Shown here one piece after another: positions 59,045 through 64,000 of a stretch of 64,000 nt of DNA. The stretch's first letter is position 1, and each line of letters begins with the position of its first letter. Source of the stretch: a bacterium (GTDB taxonomy: Bacteria; UBA8248); assembly GCA_965261085.1 (NCBI GenBank), contig OZ253442.1:960001-1024000 (forward strand). The letters are read 5' to 3'. Under the pieces are notes generated by a model. That model was not told the origin of the DNA. It made no database searches and was given only the letters and a program-made list of their open reading frames with translations. The position numbers and the translations under genes are program-made.

Positions 59045-60430
59045 ATGGATGAGCTCAGGGTTTTATCCGTTTGTGGCAATCTCGGCTACGGGTTTCCGGA
59101 AGCCTCTCTCCAAAACGGCCTGGCGCAGGACCCGCACATTATGGGGGCGGACAACGGCTCGACCGACGCGGGGCCCTATTATCTCGGTAGCGGCGACCAA
59201 CTCACCAAGCGCGCGCAGATTCTTCGCGACCTGGGCTTTTCGCTGGCCGCCGCCAGAAAGAAGAAGATTCCCTACATCATAGGCTCCGCCGGGACGGCGG
59301 GCGGAAACCCCCACGTGGACAGCGTGCTCGACGTGATGCACGAACTGGCGCGGCGCGACGGACACCGCTTCAAGCTCGCCGTGATCCGCTCCGAAATGGA
59401 CAAGGAGTTCGTGAAGCGCGCCGTTCGGGAAAAAAGAACGCGCACCCTGGGGAAACTCCCCGAACTCACCGAAGAGATGGTGGACGAGAGTGTCCGCATC
59501 GTGGGCCAGATGGGCCTGGAACCTTTCATGACGGCCCTGGAGGGCGGTGCGGACGTCGTACTCGCAGGGCGTTCCTGCGACACGGCCATCTACACCTCTT
59601 ACGCCGCGATGCGCGGATTCGATCTCGGCCTCGCCTTCCACATGGCGAAAATTATCGAGTGCGGCGCGCAGTGCGCCATGCCCATCGGGGCGAACGACTG
59701 CATTCTGGGCACGCTGCGTGAAGATCATTTCGTGCTCGAACCGATGAACGAGGGGATGCGGGTGACGCCCAACTCCGTGGCGGCCCACATGATGTACGAA
59801 CAACCCGATCCTTATTTGTTCTACGAACCGGAAGGGATGATCGATCTCAAAAACTCAGAGTTCGAACAGATCAGCGCGCGCTGCGTGCGGGTGAGCGGCA
59901 GCCGCTTCGTGCCCGCCGAAACCCCCACAATCAAGATCGAGGGCGTGCGCCTCAGGGGATACCGCACCATCGCCGTGGCCGGAATGACGGACCCGCGCCT
60001 GCTCGCGAGCCTCGATGACGTGGAGGCGAGCGTAAAGAGCACCGTCGCGGAGATGGTTCGGGGCACATTGTCACCCGAGGACTACGAACTGCGCTTCATC
60101 TTCTATGGGCGAGACGGCGTGCTGGGCCGACCGACTCCGGCCGGCCCACGACCGGGGCCGGATGGGCCGGGCGCCCCACGGGAAGTCGGCGTGGTCATGG
60201 AGGCCATCGCGAAGGATCAGCAAACGGCGAACGCGGTGTTGTCCCTGACGCGGAGCACGTTTTTGCATTGCGGCTTCGAGGGTAGAAAAGCCACCGCGGG
60301 GAACCTCGCCTTCCCGTTTTCACCCTCAGATTTCGAGGGGGGGCCGGTGTATGAGTTTCATATCTATCATCTCGTGGAACTCGAAGACGCCGCCGCACCC
60401 TTCGAGGTCGAATTCGCGCAGGTGGGCTGA
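59045..60430 (+). CDS. AtuA-like (DUF1446) protein
   Basis: G.LGYGFP, D.GSTDAGPYYLG, GSAGTAG, AGRSCD, KIIECG and TAGNLAFPFSP. Confidence 0.85.
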   Translation: MDELRVLSVCGNLGYGFPEASLQNGLAQDPHIMGADNGSTDAGPYYLGSGDQLTKRAQILRDLGFSLAAARKKKIPYIIGSAGTAGGNPHVDSVLDVMHELARRDGHRFKLAVIRSEMDKEFVKRAVREKRTRTLGKLPELTEEMVDESVRIVGQMGLEPFMTALEGGADVVLAGRSCDTAIYTSYAAMRGFDLGLAFHMAKIIECGAQCAMPIGANDCILGTLREDHFVLEPMNEGMRVTPNSVAAHMMYEQPDPYLFYEPEGMIDLKNSEFEQISARCVRVSGSRFVPAETPTIKIEGVRLRGYRTIAVAGMTDPRLLASLDDVEASVKSTVAEMVRGTLSPEDYELRFIFYGRDGVLGRPTPAGPRPGPDGPGAPREVGVVMEAIAKDQQTANAVLSLTRSTFLHCGFEGRKATAGNLAFPFSPSDFEGGPVYEFHIYHLVELEDAAAPFEVEFAQVG

Positions 60431-60432
60431 GA

Positions 60433-60744
60433 ATGGAGCGGCTCTACGACTTAGCCGAAGTGCTGCGAAGCAAGAACGCAGGCCCCCTGCACATTACGCT
60501 GGATCTGCTGTTCGCAGACGAGGCGACCTACAAGCGGGTCGCCGACAGTGAGGCGCTCACGCCGGGCGTCGTTTCCGAGTTGTATGAGATGGCGCCCGAG
60601 GACGTGAAGATCGTCCATTTCGATGCGGCCAACGCCATCAAGATCACCATACCGAGAAAGGGGCCGACCTCGGGCGCGCCGGGCGACCGCGACGTGTACG
60701 GAGCGCAGCAGCACGGTCCGCTGCTCGGTCTCATGATTCCCTGA
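60433..60744 (+). CDS. DUF4387 family protein
   Basis: LA.V.RSKNAGP..IT.D..F and GDRDVYGAQQHGPL. Confidence 0.85.
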   Translation: MERLYDLAEVLRSKNAGPLHITLDLLFADEATYKRVADSEALTPGVVSELYEMAPEDVKIVHFDAANAIKITIPRKGPTSGAPGDRDVYGAQQHGPLLGLMIP

Positions 60745-60785
60745 AATCCCAGACTTTCCCCTGCCGGGGAGGAGGAGGTTTTCTG

Positions 60786-62171
60786 ATGGATGTCGAACGC
60801 GTCATCGCGCAAATCGAAGCGGATTTCGAATCTTCCCACATCGAGCGTCTCATGAAGTACATACGCCAGCCGAGCGTCTCCGCCCTGAACCTGGGAAACC
60901 CGGAAATGGCGCGGATGCTGGCCGATGAGATCATCGAGGTCGGCGGAGAGGCGGAGGTGGTGGAAACGGCGGAGTTTCCCGTCGTTTACGGCCTGATCGA
61001 CGAGGGAGCAGATCGCACCCTCCTTTGCCACGGCCTCTACGACGTGACGCCGGCCGAAGAACCCAACTGGATTAACCCTCCCTTCGACCCCCAGATCCAG
61101 GAACTCGAAGGCCTCGGGCCTTGCATCGTGGGCCGGGGTGCGGAGGACATGAAGACCGGCATCGCCAGCGTGATGAACACCGTCTACGCGGCGCGCGCCG
61201 CAGGCGAGAAGCTCCCGCTCAATCTGATGTTCGTGCATGAGGCGTCCGAACTCGGCAGCGGCGGCATCAAGGATTTCTTCCCCCGCTACAAGGAGAAGAT
61301 GCAAAAGGCGAACGCGGCCTACTGGATCTGTCCGATGGGGCAGACCGACGGCACGCCGATCGTCCCGCTCGGTCTCAAGGGCAACCTGATGGGCAGGCTG
61401 TTCTGCCGTCCCGGAGATTGGGGCGGGCCTGTGGGCAACGAGATTCACGCGCTCAACTGCAACTGGATAGGCAATCCGGCGGAGCACATCGTCGAGGCGA
61501 TTGCCTATCTGCAGGGAAGACTGGAGGAGATTTATCAAAACGGCGAGGGATGGACGCCGAGCGACGCCGAAGAAGATTTGTGCCGCCGGTTGTCGGAGCG
61601 CATGGACCCCGAAAGAATGAAGCAAAGCCTGGGGGTCAAGCGTTTTCGGCAGGATGATTTCCATGCCGCCGTTCATTCCCACCTGTTCAAGGCGGAATTC
61701 ACCCTCACGGGCCTTCAGGCGGGCTTCGTAGGCGAGGGGAAATCCGTGAAGGTCAGCATTCCTTCGGAAGCCCAGGCCGTGGTGAACATGCGTTTTCAGC
61801 CGGGCGAAGACCCCGATGAGCGCATAGAGAACGTCCGCAACATCCTGGCCGAGGGTGGTTACGGCGACGTCGAGTTCGTCGTGAACAACCATTACGCGGG
61901 TGGCGGAACGCCGCTCGAGCATCCTCTGATCCAGTGTTTTCTGCAGGCCCATGCGGATATGGGCGCGGACCCCGAGGTCTGGCCCGTGCACCCGGCGGGG
62001 ATGCCCGTGGCCTTGTGGACGGAAGAGTTGGGCGTACCCTGGATCGGCGGGCTGCCGTGTAACGCCATGCGAAAACATGCGGCGAATGAATACGCGCAGG
62101 TGTCGGGAATTCTCCAGTCCGAGAAATTCCTCGCGCACCTGTTCGAGGGATTCTCGAAACTCACATATTGA
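60786..62171 (+). CDS. M20 family metallohydrolase (dipeptidase-like)
   Basis: QPSVSA, PVVYG, YDV.P...W..PPF, GRGAEDMK and H.ANE. Confidence 0.85.
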   Translation: MDVERVIAQIEADFESSHIERLMKYIRQPSVSALNLGNPEMARMLADEIIEVGGEAEVVETAEFPVVYGLIDEGADRTLLCHGLYDVTPAEEPNWINPPFDPQIQELEGLGPCIVGRGAEDMKTGIASVMNTVYAARAAGEKLPLNLMFVHEASELGSGGIKDFFPRYKEKMQKANAAYWICPMGQTDGTPIVPLGLKGNLMGRLFCRPGDWGGPVGNEIHALNCNWIGNPAEHIVEAIAYLQGRLEEIYQNGEGWTPSDAEEDLCRRLSERMDPERMKQSLGVKRFRQDDFHAAVHSHLFKAEFTLTGLQAGFVGEGKSVKVSIPSEAQAVVNMRFQPGEDPDERIENVRNILAEGGYGDVEFVVNNHYAGGGTPLEHPLIQCFLQAHADMGADPEVWPVHPAGMPVALWTEELGVPWIGGLPCNAMRKHAANEYAQVSGILQSEKFLAHLFEGFSKLTY

Positions 62172-62199
62172 TTCCGCCCATGTCTCCAGGCTCCGAGCC

Positions 62200-62489
62200 T
62201 CTTTTCGCAAGACACCGACAACCCCGGCGTGAACCGTGCCGCCACGGAGTGGCTTGCCCGTGCCGGGACCGTTACTTTCGGCATCGACTCCATGCGTCCG
62301 GGTCCTGAGGGCAGCGTCAACAGCGACGTGCACAAGGCCTGCGCCGAGTTGGGCATCACCCACATGGAGAGTTTGTGCAACCTGGAAGAGTTGATCGGCA
62401 AGGGCCTTTTCCGCTTCATCGGGCTTCCCCTGAAAATCAGGAACGGCTCGGGAGGGCCGATGCGAGCGGTCGCCATTCTGGATGAGTGA
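62200..62489 (+). pseudogene. C-terminal fragment of cyclase (kynurenine formamidase-like) family protein
   Basis: PGV...ATEWL.....FGIDS...VH.......HMESL.NL.......FIGLPLKIRNGSGGPMRAVA; no room for the N-terminal half after the M20 stop. Confidence 0.8.
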
Positions 62490-62528
62490 CGATTGTTTGT
62501 GGTTGCCTGGATTCGGAGGGGATAGTCA

Positions 62529-63470
62529 ATGAAATTGTTATCGTATGGCGCCGCCTGGGGAGGCGGGAGCATCGGCGCGCTGGTCGGGGAGGATACGGTG
62601 GCCGATCTTCCCCTCCTCTCGGCCCGGTTTCGTCCGGGGGAGCCGTTCCCCTCGACGATGATAGGCCTCATCGTCCAGTGGCAGAGGCTTCGCCCCCTTG
62701 TGGAAGAAATGCTCGCCGAAGCCCCGAAGCTCAAGGAGGAGAAAGAGAGTGGCGGGTGTTTTCTGCGCGAGGCGGAGGTGAAGTATCTCCCGCCCATCCC
62801 CTATCCGCCCAAAAACGTGAACTGCCAGGGGGTGAACTACCGTGAACACGGACAAGAAGGCCTGGGCGCGAAAACTCTGGCGCGCGATTCCGTCTACGTG
62901 GATCATCCCGTCCTGTTCTCGAAACCCCACACGACGCTGCTCCCCCATCGGGGCGGAATCATTCACCACCGCGCCACGCAGGCTTTGGATTATGAGGGAG
63001 AACTCACCGTGGTCATCGGCCGCGGTGGAATCAACATCGAAAAACAAGACGTTTATGATCATATTTTCGGCTATGCGAACGGCAACGACACGCCCACGCG
63101 CGATCGCCAGCGCATGCACAAGGGGGCGAAGGGAAAATCCATGGATACCCACTGTCCGATGGGCCCCTACATCGTGCCGAAGGAGTATTTCAGCGACCCC
63201 ATGAACGTCATGCTCCGCACCTGGGTGAACGGGGAGCTTCGCCAGGAAGCCAGCACGGCGAGCATGATCCACGATATCCCCACCCTGGTGCACGTGCTCT
63301 CGCTGGGCACGACGCTCGAGGTGGGCGACCTGCTCATGACGGGCACGCCGAGCGGGGTGGCCTACGCGCGGGAGAATCCTGAGTTCCTGAAACCGGGCGA
63401 CGTCGTGGAAATCGAGGTGGAAGGACTCGGCAGACTGCAAAACACCGTGGTGGCCGAGGACGGGGTCTGA
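62529..63470 (+). CDS. Fumarylacetoacetate hydrolase family protein
   Basis: GVNYREH, LDYEGEL, ND...RD.Q, GKS.DT.CPMGP and TGTPSGV. Confidence 0.92.
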   Translation: MKLLSYGAAWGGGSIGALVGEDTVADLPLLSARFRPGEPFPSTMIGLIVQWQRLRPLVEEMLAEAPKLKEEKESGGCFLREAEVKYLPPIPYPPKNVNCQGVNYREHGQEGLGAKTLARDSVYVDHPVLFSKPHTTLLPHRGGIIHHRATQALDYEGELTVVIGRGGINIEKQDVYDHIFGYANGNDTPTRDRQRMHKGAKGKSMDTHCPMGPYIVPKEYFSDPMNVMLRTWVNGELRQEASTASMIHDIPTLVHVLSLGTTLEVGDLLMTGTPSGVAYARENPEFLKPGDVVEIEVEGLGRLQNTVVAEDGV

Positions 63471-63534
63471 CCCTATCGGGCTACGCGCCACTCTCTTTTC
63501 CATCAACTACCCATCAACTAAAATTTAACTATGA

Positions 63535-63547
63535 AATCAATAACTTA
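63535..63547 (+). promoter_or_regulatory. IHF-consensus site in AT-rich intergenic region
   Basis: AATCAATAACTTA fits WATCAANNNNTTR exactly. Confidence 0.4.
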
Positions 63548-63603
63548 TGGTGTTTTGGAGCGAAATTGCTCGTTTTCGATCAACTAAAACACAGGTCTAG
63601 AAT

Positions 63604-64000
63604 TCACGCATTCCCCGCAGGTGGCCAGATGCGCTCGCCCACGCTGGGAGAACTGGGAGCGTGCACCAGGGTGCTCACCGCCTGTCGCGAGCGGGGTATC
63701 TTCTCGGTAACAAAATTTTTCTCCAGGGATTCAAGAGATACCCACTCATAGAGAATCCCGTGCTTGGCCCAGCCGGAGACCGAAACGAGATTCCGCGCGC
63801 CGACGCACCCCTCCATGCTCGTCAACCGGGGCATCCGCACCTGGGAGTACCAGCATCCCAGTTCGTCCTCGTTTTCGACGGCGTTGATGTTGAAGGTTCC
63901 GAACTGGATGCCGGGTCCGGGCGCGATGCCCGGCGCGCGGGTCTTAGCCTCGGGGCCGTCGACCCGGTTGTGCTCCATGAAGACGCAAGAGCGCGCGTTC
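63604..64000 (-). CDS. Hypothetical protein, C-terminal part (possible dimeric alpha-beta barrel/EthD-like)
   Basis: Frame open to the window end; EDELGCWY...RMP......GCVGAR.......KH..LYE pattern. Confidence 0.6.
   Translation of the reverse strand, partial: NARSCVFMEHNRVDGPEAKTRAPGIAPGPGIQFGTFNINAVENEDELGCWYSQVRMPRLTSMEGCVGARNLVSVSGWAKHGILYEWVSLESLEKNFVTEKIPRSRQAVSTLVHAPSSPSVGERIWPPAGNA

Overview
High-GC bacterial window dominated by operons for uptake and catabolism of small organic compounds. These include three ABC systems (one of them znuA/zur/znuCB), a tripartite tricarboxylate transporter, a Baeyer-Villiger monooxygenase, ThDP enzymes, DHDPS-family aldolases, three atypical acyl-CoA dehydrogenases, a LigAB-like dioxygenase, M20 hydrolases, AtuA/DUF4387 and an FAH-family protein, plus a Pfk and tRNA-Ser(GGA). 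Three AT-rich, apparently imported cassettes interrupt this background: (i) a KAP P-loop NTPase next to a HIRAN gene; (ii) a decayed IS1595-family element carrying a Panacea (DUF4065) antitoxin and a putative toxin; (iii) a coupled three-gene cassette of TIGR04255, an unknown protein and a possible ADP-ribosyltransferase-like protein, which is the best candidate for an undescribed defence or toxin-antitoxin system. Other notable features are three MITEs nested inside each other with intact target-site duplications, a complementary (probably heteromeric) ACAD pair lacking the catalytic Glu, a tandem qor duplication with a visible breakpoint, and a ~170-nt standalone transcript with a perfect Shine-Dalgarno and a 12-aa ORF. 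All family calls come from motif recognition by eye; no database searches were run.
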